Under the pieces are notes generated by a model. It was not told where the DNA came from. It saw only the letters and a list, made by a program, of their open reading frames with translations, and did not search any database. Of a stretch of DNA of 64,000 bases, positions 26,683 to 36,139 are shown one piece after another; position 1 is the first letter of the stretch, and each line of letters starts with the position of its first letter. A program made the position numbers and the translations under genes. Source of the stretch: Nitrospirota bacterium (lineage in GTDB: Bacteria; Nitrospirota; Thermodesulfovibrionia; SZUA-242); the NCBI GenBank assembly GCA_027021335.1, contig JALUUO010000108.1, positions 17,383 through 81,382 of the forward strand. Reading direction: 5' to 3'.

Positions 26683-28245
26683 ATGCGCATTTCCAACAAC
26701 ATAATGTATGAGAAGTTTCTTCTTAATATTAGAAGCAATGTCAATTCCATATACCGGGAACAGGAAAAAGTAGGCTCTGGAAAAAGAATCAACAGGCTGT
26801 CGGATGATCCCGTGGGCAACTACAAGGCTATGGATTTGCGTGACCGAATTCGTTTGATAGAACAATACCAGAAAAATGCTAATGAATCCGAGACCATTCT
26901 TACGGCGTCGGAAACAGCCGTAAGCGGTGCACAAGAAACAGCCGGCAGGGCTTCCGATCTGGTTCTTCAGTATGCAAACGGAACCTGGACGGCTGAAGAC
27001 AGGCTTAACGGAGCAAAGGAAATACAGGAGATCAGAAATGAAATTGTAAACCTGGCCAATAAAAAAGTGGGGTCCAGATATATCTTTGGCGGGTACCTTA
27101 CCGACGCTCCACCTTACACTGAAACCCTGTTAATCAGAACCGGCGTGAATGACCAGATAGTATTCGATGCCGGAAGCGGTGATATCACAGTTACCCTTCA
27201 ACCAGGAGTGTACACCCCTGAGCAGCTAAACCAGGAAGTAAAAACAAGACTTGAAGCGGCAAATGGCTCGGCAGATACTTACGCTGTAAGCTTCAACTAT
27301 TCTACTGATAAATTCGAGATATCAAATAATACCGGCAATGCTAACAGCATTATTCTTAGGTGGTCGGATGCAGGCTCTACAGCAGCTTCTACACTTGGAT
27401 TTGATGCGGTAGACGATTCTGTGCCCGCCGGATCTTCAGCTGTGGCCGACAATGCCGTCACATTTGAGCGTGGGTTTGTTGTAACCACATCCAACAATGT
27501 CTTCATGGCGGACCTCGGCGATGGCGACGGCATAGCAGCGGTTACACTTACGGCAAACACCTACACACCTACGGAACTTGCCGCCGAAATTAAAACGCAA
27601 CTTGAGGCGGAAGATGGCGATGCAGGAAACACCTATTCGGTTACCTATAACTCAACATCACAGATATTCAATATTACTAATGATGCCGGAAATAACGCGG
27701 TTACTTTCGCATGGACCAACGCAGGAACCACAGCAGGAAGCCTGTTGGGGTTCTCCACAGACGTTACACTTAACGAAGGAGAGACGGCACAAAGCGATAC
27801 GCTTGTTGAGCTTTCCAGCCGATACGTGTACCAGGGAGACTCTGGTAATATTGAGATAGAAGTTGCAAACGGTGTCAGCGCTACTATCAACATACCAGGC
27901 GACAGTGTTTTTGATCCAATTCTTACAGCCATGGATGGGTTTATCGCTTCGATGAACGGGAACAACATAACCGGCATAAACGATTCCATCAACAATATAA
28001 GAAACGGAGATCAGGCACTGCTCGATGCCAGAGCTACAATAGGTGCCAGATTAAACAGGATTGAACAGGAGGGTATAAGGATGGATGAGGAGTTTGTGGT
28101 TGTTAAAGCTTCCCTTTCCAATATCGAAGACACTGATATAGTCGCAAGCGTAGTAGAAATATCCAAGCGGGAAGCTTCGATGGAGGCACTTAGGATGACC
28201 GGCTTTCAAATGCTAAGCAAATCGCTGTTTGATTTTCTAAGATAA
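26683..28245 (+). CDS. flgL: Flagellar hook-associated protein 3, FlgL (enlarged, with a tandem inserted domain)
   Basis: Flagellin-like N-terminus SGKRINRLSDDPVG and C-terminus ARATIGARLNRIEQ...DTDIVASVVEISKREASMEALRMTG. Two homologous inserts of about 88 aa lie at aa 156-241 and 271-358. Confidence 0.85.
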   Translation: MRISNNIMYEKFLLNIRSNVNSIYREQEKVGSGKRINRLSDDPVGNYKAMDLRDRIRLIEQYQKNANESETILTASETAVSGAQETAGRASDLVLQYANGTWTAEDRLNGAKEIQEIRNEIVNLANKKVGSRYIFGGYLTDAPPYTETLLIRTGVNDQIVFDAGSGDITVTLQPGVYTPEQLNQEVKTRLEAANGSADTYAVSFNYSTDKFEISNNTGNANSIILRWSDAGSTAASTLGFDAVDDSVPAGSSAVADNAVTFERGFVVTTSNNVFMADLGDGDGIAAVTLTANTYTPTELAAEIKTQLEAEDGDAGNTYSVTYNSTSQIFNITNDAGNNAVTFAWTNAGTTAGSLLGFSTDVTLNEGETAQSDTLVELSSRYVYQGDSGNIEIEVANGVSATINIPGDSVFDPILTAMDGFIASMNGNNITGINDSINNIRNGDQALLDARATIGARLNRIEQEGIRMDEEFVVVKASLSNIEDTDIVASVVEISKREASMEALRMTGFQMLSKSLFDFLR

Positions 28246-28468
28246 ATTATAAAATTAAATTATATAAACTCACCGCAAAGACGCAAAGAGATCAAAGTTT
28301 TATCACCCAAAGACAGCTCTTTAAAATCCATCCTCAAGAGTGGTAAGATTTTAAAACAAGAATATCTATTAAATTTTTATTTTTTGAGATCTTTGCCTCT
28401 TTGCACTTATCTATTGTTTTTTAGTTTTAATGTAAGCGCCAAGGAGCAGGTCCAACCAGGAGGGTGGC

Positions 28469-28699
28469 ATGCTTGTGCTGACAAGGAAGTCGGGAGAGGG
28501 TATATGGATCGGCGACAATGTGCGTATAGTAGTTGTCGATATCCGTGAGGGACAAGTAAAGCTGGGGATCGAAGCCTCGCGTGAAACACCAATATACAGG
28601 GATGAAATTTACGAAAAAGTCCGAAACGCCAATGTATCAGCCTCGGGTCTTGGCACAGATGACTTTGAGTGGATAAAAAGAGGTTTTAAACAAAAGTGA
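28469..28699 (+). CDS. csrA: Carbon storage regulator CsrA (flagellar type)
   Basis: MLVLTRKSGEGIWIGDNVRIVVVDIREGQVKLGIEASRETPIYRDEIY is the canonical CsrA fold sequence. Confidence 0.95.
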   Translation: MLVLTRKSGEGIWIGDNVRIVVVDIREGQVKLGIEASRETPIYRDEIYEKVRNANVSASGLGTDDFEWIKRGFKQK

Positions 28700-29118
28700 A
28701 AATCCAGACAACAAGATTCGGAGAAATTGAGCTGGATGATAACAAACTGATCAGCTTTCCAAGAGGTATTCTGGGCTTTGATCATTTAAAAGCCTATTTT
28801 TTAATGGATTATAAAGACACCCCTATAAAGTGGCTTCAATCCAGGGATGACCCTGACGTTGCTTTTATGGTTGTGGACCCGTTCCTTTTCTTTCCTGATT
28901 ATGTTCCGGAATTAAGCCAGGTGGAGAAGAATCTGCTGGAAATTCAAGATCCTGCCGACTTGGCCGTCTTGGCAATTATGAACGTGGACAGAAATCAGAA
29001 GCAACCGGTAACGCTTAACCTTCAGGCTCCTCTTGTGTTTAATGCGAATGATATGAAGGGATTTCAGGTTGTGCTGGAAAAGTCTAAGTTCAGTGTAAAA
29101 GAAGCCGTAGCGGTATGA
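28696..29118 (+). CDS. fliW: Flagellar assembly factor FliW (CsrA antagonist)
   Basis: MKIQTTRFGEIELDDNKLISFPRGILGF...PIKWLQS...NLQAPLVFN. The GTG start overlaps the csrA stop (GTGA). Confidence 0.9.
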   Translation: MKIQTTRFGEIELDDNKLISFPRGILGFDHLKAYFLMDYKDTPIKWLQSRDDPDVAFMVVDPFLFFPDYVPELSQVEKNLLEIQDPADLAVLAIMNVDRNQKQPVTLNLQAPLVFNANDMKGFQVVLEKSKFSVKEAVAV

Positions 29119-29135
29119 ACTAAGGTGAAGTCGTT

Positions 29136-29900
29136 TTGGGAGAAACCATAAGCAAGGACGTCATCGCGGAACTTGAGACTGCCCTGCAGAAAACAGAGTT
29201 ACAGCCGGAAGCCGTTGACTCTATCATAAAGTCACTTAAAGTTCGGCGTCGTCGATGGCTTGCAGTACGCTCAACATCAGCAGTAGTGGCAGTGGCGGCC
29301 CTTTGTGCTGTTTTTTATCTGGGCACCATGGTTGGAAAACAAAGAGCTATCCAGCCTGTTTCAAAACCTGAGCCCCATCCAGTGAAAAAATCTTCAGTGC
29401 AAACAGAGACAAAACCGGATGCTTTGATCATGACGGAGGTTTCTGATACTACTGCCGAAACACCGGCTGCAGAAGATAGATTTGCTTTGAAAACAAACCC
29501 TGAAACCGAAAAAAGAGTTCAGGATAAACCGAATTCTACGGATTTGAAACCTATAATATCGGAACCGGTAATACCGAAGCCGGCGACAACAGGGTCTGTT
29601 GCAGCAAATAAAGCTGCTCCGTCAGTTTTGCAGAAGCCGCAAACCAAGGTAGATGCTCCGTCTTTATATGCTGTTGAGCTAATAGGTTTTTCCAAGCCAA
29701 AAGAAAGTGCAGAGCTTAACAAAAAACTAAGAAGAGAAGGTTATTCATCTTCTCTTCATAAGCTAGAGACCCCTAACGGAACTGTTTTACACCGGGTCTG
29801 GATAGGTCATTTTAAAACCCAAGAAAAAGCACTTGATTTTGCCGGAAAACTCCGCCTAAACGAAGGGCTGGAGGGAAAGGTCGTTAAAAGAACCAGGTGA
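29136..29900 (+). CDS. Membrane-anchored SPOR-domain (septal peptidoglycan-binding) protein
   Basis: Single TM (AVVAVAALCAVFYLGTMV), a Pro/Thr-rich linker, and a C-terminal SPOR motif YAVELIGFSKPKESAELNKKLRREGY...HRVWIGHFKTQEKALDFAGKL. TTG start. Confidence 0.7.
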   Translation: MGETISKDVIAELETALQKTELQPEAVDSIIKSLKVRRRRWLAVRSTSAVVAVAALCAVFYLGTMVGKQRAIQPVSKPEPHPVKKSSVQTETKPDALIMTEVSDTTAETPAAEDRFALKTNPETEKRVQDKPNSTDLKPIISEPVIPKPATTGSVAANKAAPSVLQKPQTKVDAPSLYAVELIGFSKPKESAELNKKLRREGYSSSLHKLETPNGTVLHRVWIGHFKTQEKALDFAGKLRLNEGLEGKVVKRTR

Positions 29901-29943
29901 AAAACTCCAGATTGGAGTACAAATAAAAACAAGGAGTGAAATA

Positions 29944-30969
29944 ATGTCAAAAGTAATCCTGTCCTTGGATGGCGGTGGAATTCGCGGTGCGGCAGCTACC
30001 CAGTTTCTAAGTAAAGTCGAACAGAAAATGCAATCCGACCATGGCAAGTCAATACGTGACTGTGTGGATTTTTACGCAGGCACAAGCACAGGCAGTATCA
30101 TCGCTCTAGCCCTGGCCACCACCAACCTGACAATGGATCAAATCAACAACCTCTACAATTATGATACTGCACAGAAGATTTTCTCCGAAAACAGGGGATG
30201 GTTCGAAATTGATGGTTTAAACGCACCAAAATTCGAAGCCAAGGGTAAAACCCAAATTTTAAAGGAAAACCTCGGCAACTCAAAGATTGGCGATGTCCCT
30301 GATGAAAAACATGTTCTGGCTGTGACATATGCTGTGGAAAAACGCAAACCAGTGGTAGTAAAGTCTACAAAGAAGGATTATTTAAATTTATACTCATACC
30401 AGGTGGCGGATGCCTCAAGTGCCGCTCCAACCTATTTCCCCACCAAAGAAATAGAAACACAGGCCGATAGTGATGAACTCTGGCTTATTGACGGTGGAGT
30501 TATTGCCAACAACCCGACAATGTGCGCTATTACCGAAGCCAAACGGGTTTGGACACAGGTGCCTTTAAGTCAAATACGGGTGCTTTCAGTCGGCACAGGT
30601 TTTATGACCAGAAAAATAAATGGGCCTGAGTCCAAAAAATGGGGAGGTCTGCAATGGATGACCAAAGGGCATATTCTTGCAGTACTTACAGATGAACGTA
30701 TTGTTGCCTATCAGGCTATGACAATCATTGAGCCAGGCAATTATATCAGGGTAAATGCTAAGCTTCAGCCACAACCCGGAATAGCTCAAGCACCAGATGA
30801 CGCAATGGATGACGTAAGCAGAACAAATATCAGAAGGCTAAAAAAACTAGGCGACTTTTGGTTTGAGCAGTATGGTGAAGCTGTGGTCAATCTACTAATG
30901 GGCACCTACAAAGGTCCTTCACTCGATCGAATTAATCCGAGATCAGGAAGGCCAATACAACAGAGTTAG
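29944..30969 (+). CDS. Patatin-like phospholipase
   Basis: Oxyanion hole DGGGIRG, nucleophile elbow GTSTGS (GxSxG), and the catalytic Asp in LIDGGVIANNP. Confidence 0.85.
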   Translation: MSKVILSLDGGGIRGAAATQFLSKVEQKMQSDHGKSIRDCVDFYAGTSTGSIIALALATTNLTMDQINNLYNYDTAQKIFSENRGWFEIDGLNAPKFEAKGKTQILKENLGNSKIGDVPDEKHVLAVTYAVEKRKPVVVKSTKKDYLNLYSYQVADASSAAPTYFPTKEIETQADSDELWLIDGGVIANNPTMCAITEAKRVWTQVPLSQIRVLSVGTGFMTRKINGPESKKWGGLQWMTKGHILAVLTDERIVAYQAMTIIEPGNYIRVNAKLQPQPGIAQAPDDAMDDVSRTNIRRLKKLGDFWFEQYGEAVVNLLMGTYKGPSLDRINPRSGRPIQQS

Positions 30970-31002
30970 TGCTGCCGACAATAGTCTTTTTGTTTTTCCG
31001 TC

Positions 31003-31536
31003 TCACTCTCCTTCGAATTCGGTTAATGCAAAAAGCTTGTAACCTTTCTTTTTAAGTTTGGCAAAGCCGCCGATATCCGGAAGATTTACAATAAAGCACG
31101 CCTCAACAACTTGGCCGCCCAGTTTTTCTATAAGCGCCGCAGCAGCAAGAGCTGTGCCTCCTGTAGCAATCAGGTCATCTACCAAAAGCACTTTTGCACC
31201 GTTTTTGATTGCATCCTTGTGTACCTCTATGCTGTCAGTGCCGTATTCGAGCTCATACTCCTGAGAGACTATCTCACCAGGCAGTTTTCCCTTCTTTCTT
31301 ATAGGCACAAATCCCTTGCCAAGAGTATAGGCAAGAGCGCCGCCAAGTATAAAACCGCGCGATTCTATGCCGGCTATAATATTGAAATCGACATCTTCGT
31401 TGATATATCTCTGGGTAAGCTGGTCTATAACCAGCCTGAAACCAACAGGATCCTTAATCAGCGTGGTTATATCCCTGAACATGATACCTTTTTTAGGGTA
31501 ATCCTTAATTGTGCGTATTCTTGATTTAATAGGCAT
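31003..31536 (-). CDS. apt: Adenine phosphoribosyltransferase
   Basis: IRTIKDYPKKGIMFRDITTL and the PRPP loop VLLVDDLIATGGTA. Confidence 0.95.
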   Translation of the reverse strand: MPIKSRIRTIKDYPKKGIMFRDITTLIKDPVGFRLVIDQLTQRYINEDVDFNIIAGIESRGFILGGALAYTLGKGFVPIRKKGKLPGEIVSQEYELEYGTDSIEVHKDAIKNGAKVLLVDDLIATGGTALAAAALIEKLGGQVVEACFIVNLPDIGGFAKLKKKGYKLFALTEFEGE

Positions 31537-31564
31537 GTGTAACTTTCCTCCTTCAGAGTCTTAA

Positions 31565-32341
31565 TCAGCCTCTACACCGGCAGTCGTTGTATTTAATTTT
31601 AGGAATTGTTTTCACTAGAAGTTTTTTTACGTTATCGGCATTCTTCTTCATTGTCTCCATAATCATATCCCATGTCACCGGCTCTTCCTCCTCTTTCCAG
31701 CAGTCGTAATCAGTGCTCATTGCGATAGACTGGTAGCAGATACCAAGCTCCTTTGCCAAGATAACCTCAGGCACTGTAGACATGTTGATCACATCTGCTC
31801 CAAACAAGCGGAACATATGGGATTCGGCCTTTGTGGAAAACCTGGGACCCTCTATTGTAACAACCGTACCCCGCTTGTGGTGTCTTAGCTTAAGCTCTTT
31901 TGCACTTTCTGCCAGCAACACTGACAAGTTTTTACAAAAAGGCTCGGCCATGGGAGTATGTATAACCTTTTTGTCATGAAAGGTAAGAGTTCTATGCTTT
32001 GTCATATCAATAAACTGATCCATGAAAACGAGATCTCCGGGTCTGACCTTCTGCCTAAGCGAACCAACAGCCGTAGTGGCCAGGATATGCGTGCAGCCGA
32101 CCTTTTTAAGTGCATACATATTAGCTCGGTAATTAACCCCTGTGGGATATATCGAATGCTTCTTTCCGTGCCTGGCAAGGACAACAGCTTCGATCCCGTT
32201 GATCTTACCGGTGGTAAGCATACTTGAAGGCTTCCCATAGGGAGTCTTTACAGACTTCTCCTTGATCTCTTTCATAAGTTTCGGATCATCAAGGCCTGAA
32301 CCACCTATTATTCCTATTCTGATCTTGTCCACAACATACAC
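31565..32341 (-). CDS. mtnP: S-methyl-5'-thioadenosine phosphorylase
   Basis: [33 protein letters not shown] and [18 protein letters not shown]. Confidence 0.9.
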   Translation of the reverse strand: MYVVDKIRIGIIGGSGLDDPKLMKEIKEKSVKTPYGKPSSMLTTGKINGIEAVVLARHGKKHSIYPTGVNYRANMYALKKVGCTHILATTAVGSLRQKVRPGDLVFMDQFIDMTKHRTLTFHDKKVIHTPMAEPFCKNLSVLLAESAKELKLRHHKRGTVVTIEGPRFSTKAESHMFRLFGADVINMSTVPEVILAKELGICYQSIAMSTDYDCWKEEEEPVTWDMIMETMKKNADNVKKLLVKTIPKIKYNDCRCRG

Positions 32342-32394
32342 TCTCCTTCCAGTAACAGTAAAATATGGCTGTTATTTTATCCGAAACAGCAATA

Positions 32395-33936
32395 TCATTG
32401 CCAAAAACCCTTCTTGATATCATTTTGAGACATCAACAACTCGGCGACTTCCACCTGTGCAGCCTCCCCTGACCACCAAGCATTAATAAGTGTGTCAGCC
32501 TCGATCCCCTCAAGTAAATATGGAGACCCGAACGATATCACTGTTGTTTTTGAAAATACAGACAGAATTCTCATAAGAAGACGCATGTTGTCTTCCGACA
32601 AACCGCTTTTGCCTTTCCATGCGGCGATACGCGAAAACAGGGCTACAATAACCGGCCTGTCGTGTTGCCGGCCTGAAATGTCCTTTGAAAAAAAAGAGTT
32701 TGGGTTTCGCTGAAGGCCGACACCGGGATACTTCTGCTTTATTCTACCTATAAAGACAGACCCCTGTCCTGAAGAGAGACTCTGTTTGTCATCTTCATCA
32801 ATAACAAAGAGTGCTTCATTACCCCGAAGACAAGGAGTTCCCTTTCTCACCCTAAGGGATTTCCTTGACAATACATTTACGATCCCATCCTCTAAAGGCC
32901 CTGTAAGCGGTGATGCTGAGCTTAGCGGTTGTTTATTTACAAGGCGTAGTTTTTCTCGAAACGACTCCACTCGTTTTCCGGCTTTTTTAACGCGTTCTTC
33001 CGCCTTTGACCAGTTGGCGGCTATAAAGTCAACAACAACTTCCGGATCATCCGGATGCAAAAGTATATCGCACCCGGCCATGAGTGCCATAAGACACGCC
33101 GAAGCCTCGCCGTAAGTATCTTTTACCGCACCCATGTTCATCGCATCGGTAATAACAACACCGTCAAAGCCTAATTTTTCCCTTAACAAACCATGTATAG
33201 CCTTGCTGGAAAGAGTGACGGAAAACAACGGATCTACCGCTTTAACAAGAAGGTGTCCCACCATAACCATTTTAATCCCTGCCGATATAGCGGAACGAAA
33301 GGGAGCAAGTTCCACGGAATAAAGCCTCTCAAGATCCGCTGAAACCATCGGCAGACTAAGGTGCGAATCGAGATCCGTATCTCCATGACCAGGAAAATGT
33401 TTGACACAGCCCAGAAGACCTGTTGGTTCTGCCCCGCCGCCCTGTAAAACATTGATATACTCTTTAACAAACCATGACACTTTTACCGAGTCCGATCCGT
33501 AGGCTCGGGTGCATATAATCGGGTTTGCAGGGTTTGTGTGAATATCCGCAACAGGTGCAAGTATGACATTTATACCCACCGCCTGTGCCTCCCGGGCAAT
33601 GATTTCAACAGATTTCCTGAAGATTTTTACATCTTTATAATTTTCCGGATCAATAGCATGGGAAACAGCCATAGCAGGAGGCAGCAAAGAACCGCCTGCC
33701 ACCTGTTGTCCCAACCCCTGTTCAAGGTCCGAAAGTATAAGAAGACGCCTGCCGGCAGCTTGCTCCAACTCTTTTAATGCTTCTTTTAGAGTATCCTTTT
33801 CACCGCCAAATACAATAAAACCGCCAAAACCACTTCTTACAAAAGACAGATAGCGGTCAAATTCAGCCTGCACAAACTCACCGTTTAAACGGGGAATTAC
33901 AAGGTTCGCAATACTTTTTCGTATTTTATCTATCAC
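32395..33936 (-). CDS. Glycoside hydrolase family 3 protein (NagZ-like beta-N-acetylhexosaminidase with C-terminal extension)
   Basis: GH3 N-domain motifs KHFPGHGDTDLDSH and GVVITDAMNMGA. 513 aa. Confidence 0.8.
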   Translation of the reverse strand: MIDKIRKSIANLVIPRLNGEFVQAEFDRYLSFVRSGFGGFIVFGGEKDTLKEALKELEQAAGRRLLILSDLEQGLGQQVAGGSLLPPAMAVSHAIDPENYKDVKIFRKSVEIIAREAQAVGINVILAPVADIHTNPANPIICTRAYGSDSVKVSWFVKEYINVLQGGGAEPTGLLGCVKHFPGHGDTDLDSHLSLPMVSADLERLYSVELAPFRSAISAGIKMVMVGHLLVKAVDPLFSVTLSSKAIHGLLREKLGFDGVVITDAMNMGAVKDTYGEASACLMALMAGCDILLHPDDPEVVVDFIAANWSKAEERVKKAGKRVESFREKLRLVNKQPLSSASPLTGPLEDGIVNVLSRKSLRVRKGTPCLRGNEALFVIDEDDKQSLSSGQGSVFIGRIKQKYPGVGLQRNPNSFFSKDISGRQHDRPVIVALFSRIAAWKGKSGLSEDNMRLLMRILSVFSKTTVISFGSPYLLEGIEADTLINAWWSGEAAQVEVAELLMSQNDIKKGFWQ

Positions 33937-33980
33937 GCTTCACACTTACAGGTATTGTAGTACCGGTTTTTATTCTAAAA

Positions 33981-34451
33981 CTAAGCAGGAGGAGGGCAAG
34001 AAGAGTGATCAACCGTCCGGGATTCTCCGGCAACATGCAGGCAACACCACGCGTAAAGAGCATCGTACACTTCGAACTGCCGCTTTAAATTCTTTTTGTC
34101 ATCAGGGTATCTAAGACCAAAACCTACTGCAATAGCTTCAAAACCTGCGGCAAGAGAATCCTTTTCCGGCCTACCTGTATCAGCGGCATTAACGATTTTG
34201 GCTAGTCTGAGCAGCGGCTCATCCGTGAGTTCGTACCGGCGTATTATTACATCAAAAGTACAGAGATCACCATCGTGATCAAGATCAGCCCCAGGAGCGT
34301 CAAAGGCTATTGCCCCCTCTTTTTCTGCAACTGCTTTCACCTGACTTTTGGGAACAAAAATAAACTCAGCCTCCGAATCTATAAAACGTTTTATCAACCA
34401 TGGGCAGGCTACTCTATCCACATGAACATGTGAGCGTGTAATCCATTTCAT
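33981..34451 (-). CDS. ChrB C-terminal-domain (chromate-resistance-like) protein
   Basis: MKWITRSHVHVDRVACPWLIKRFIDSEAEFIFVP is typical of the Chrome_Resist domain. Confidence 0.6.
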   Translation of the reverse strand: MKWITRSHVHVDRVACPWLIKRFIDSEAEFIFVPKSQVKAVAEKEGAIAFDAPGADLDHDGDLCTFDVIIRRYELTDEPLLRLAKIVNAADTGRPEKDSLAAGFEAIAVGFGLRYPDDKKNLKRQFEVYDALYAWCCLHVAGESRTVDHSSCPPPA

Positions 34452-34463
34452 TTTTGAATCTCC

Positions 34464-34745
34464 TTAACTACAGCCGAAATACTTCAGGTTATCGGCAATC
34501 ATATTTTCCATATCCTCCAATAGATGACCAAAGCGGCCTTTCACGTCGTCCTGTAGATGCTGCAGATATTCACGAGCGCCTTCTTCACCGTAACTCTCCT
34601 CAAACATCCTTGCAAATTCCAGAACACGACCTATATCGTGACGTTCCGCTTTCTTTTCCGGATCATCGATCCATTCGTGAATATCACGATAATCTTTACC
34701 CGTTCTTTCAATGCTCTTCTGCATATGCTTGTCAATAGTCGGCAT
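34464..34745 (-). CDS. Small acidic helical protein, unknown function
   Basis: 93 aa from ATG 34745 (MPTIDKHMQKSIERTG...). Lies 12 nt upstream of the ChrB-domain gene. I recognise no family. The longer ORF to 34850 lacks support. Confidence 0.45.
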   Translation of the reverse strand: MPTIDKHMQKSIERTGKDYRDIHEWIDDPEKKAERHDIGRVLEFARMFEESYGEEGAREYLQHLQDDVKGRFGHLLEDMENMIADNLKYFGCS

Positions 34746-34891
34746 CTTTTTCTCCTTATAATAAAATCTCTTGACGTATATATTACTGTAAATCTTACGA
34801 TAAGATAAGAAAAAACATACTATCATTGCTTTAGTCCAGGTTGGATTCAAGGCAAAGCCTTTAGTGCCGTTCGTGTTAAAATTACTACCTT

Positions 34892-36139
34892 ATGATTATT
34901 CAAAGTATTGCAGGCCTGGTTGTCTTTGCGCTGATTGCCTGGCTTATGAGTGAAAATCGCAGCCTGGTTTCACTAAAGACCGTGATAATCGGCATAGCGG
35001 TACAACTGCTGGTTGGAGTTGTTCTGCTGAAGTTTTATATTTTCAGAGAATTCTTTTTATCCTTAAATCGTATTATTTTGTCTCTGGAAGAATCCACTAC
35101 TGCGGGATCATCCTTTGTTTTCGGCTACCTGGGAGGAGGTGTTCTTCCTTTTGATGAAAAAAACCCAGGGGCAAGCTTTATCCTGGCCTTCAGAGCGCTA
35201 CCGCTTGTTCTGGTTATAAGCGCATTATCCTCTCTGTTGTTTTACTGGGGGATCCTGCCGCGTATTGTAAAAACGTTTTCATGGCTCTTACAAAAAACAA
35301 TGCGGCTGGGAGGTGCCGAGGGTTTAGGCGTTTCGGCCAATATATTCGTTGGTATGGTTGAAGCCCCTCTTTTTATCCGTCCTTACCTAAGAGATATGAC
35401 TCGAAGCGAGATTTTCACTCTTATGACATGCGGCATGGCCACAATAGCCGGCACTGTAATGGTGCTTTATGCCAGCATTCTGAGTAATGTTATCCCGGAT
35501 ATCATGGGACACATTCTTACAGCCTCCATAATCAGCGCGCCGGCAGCCATAGTTGTTTCAAAAATTATGATACCTGAAACCGGTAAACCGACATCAGGCG
35601 AAATAACTCATCCGGAAAAAGCTTTGAGCTCCATGGACGCTCTTTCAAAGGGCACGGTTCAAGGAGTACAACTGCTTATTAATATCATTGCCATGATCAT
35701 AGTGCTCGTGGCCATGGTGCATCTTGTAAACCTGGCCCTTGCCATACTGCCTGATATTGGAGGAAGCCCCGTCACCCTTCAAAGAATTTTAGGGTATATA
35801 ATGGCTCCGGTGGTTTGGCTTATGGGAATTCCGGGAGAAGAGGTTTTAACCGCTGGATCGCTTATGGGAACCAAAACGGTGCTGAACGAATTCATAGCCT
35901 ACCTTGATATGGCTCACCTGCCTGAAGGCGCTTTGAGTAAAAGAAGCCTGGTGATAATGACATACGCCATATGCGGTTTTGCAAATCCCGGAAGTCTGGG
36001 AATAATGATAGGCGGCATGGGGGCCATGGCTCCTGAAAGACGCGATGAAATAGTCTCTTTGGGCTTTCGCTCCATAGTAGCCGGTACTCTTGCAACCTGT
36101 ATGACCGGTGCAGTTGTTGGAGTTCTTCAACTTTCCTGA
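34892..36139 (+). CDS. nupC: NupC/CNT-family nucleoside transporter
   Basis: 415 aa and polytopic. N-terminus MIIQSIAGLVVFALIAWLMSENR and C-terminal CNT motifs (ICGFANPGSLGIMIGG). Confidence 0.85.
   Translation: MIIQSIAGLVVFALIAWLMSENRSLVSLKTVIIGIAVQLLVGVVLLKFYIFREFFLSLNRIILSLEESTTAGSSFVFGYLGGGVLPFDEKNPGASFILAFRALPLVLVISALSSLLFYWGILPRIVKTFSWLLQKTMRLGGAEGLGVSANIFVGMVEAPLFIRPYLRDMTRSEIFTLMTCGMATIAGTVMVLYASILSNVIPDIMGHILTASIISAPAAIVVSKIMIPETGKPTSGEITHPEKALSSMDALSKGTVQGVQLLINIIAMIIVLVAMVHLVNLALAILPDIGGSPVTLQRILGYIMAPVVWLMGIPGEEVLTAGSLMGTKTVLNEFIAYLDMAHLPEGALSKRSLVIMTYAICGFANPGSLGIMIGGMGAMAPERRDEIVSLGFRSIVAGTLATCMTGAVVGVLQLS

Noticed and set aside
29944-30969. Patatin-like phospholipase as a CBASS or other anti-phage defence effector
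   Set aside because: There is no cyclase/nucleotidyltransferase, sensor, E1/E2 or other defence partner within several kb. The neighbours are flagellar genes and apt. It is retained only as a context oddity.
36127-36139. 13-nt 3'-end overlap of convergent nupC and larE-like genes, and a 4-nt overlap of tsaB with the SPOR gene at 45898-45901
   Set aside because: Short convergent overlaps are common in compact genomes. There is no further signal beyond tight packing.
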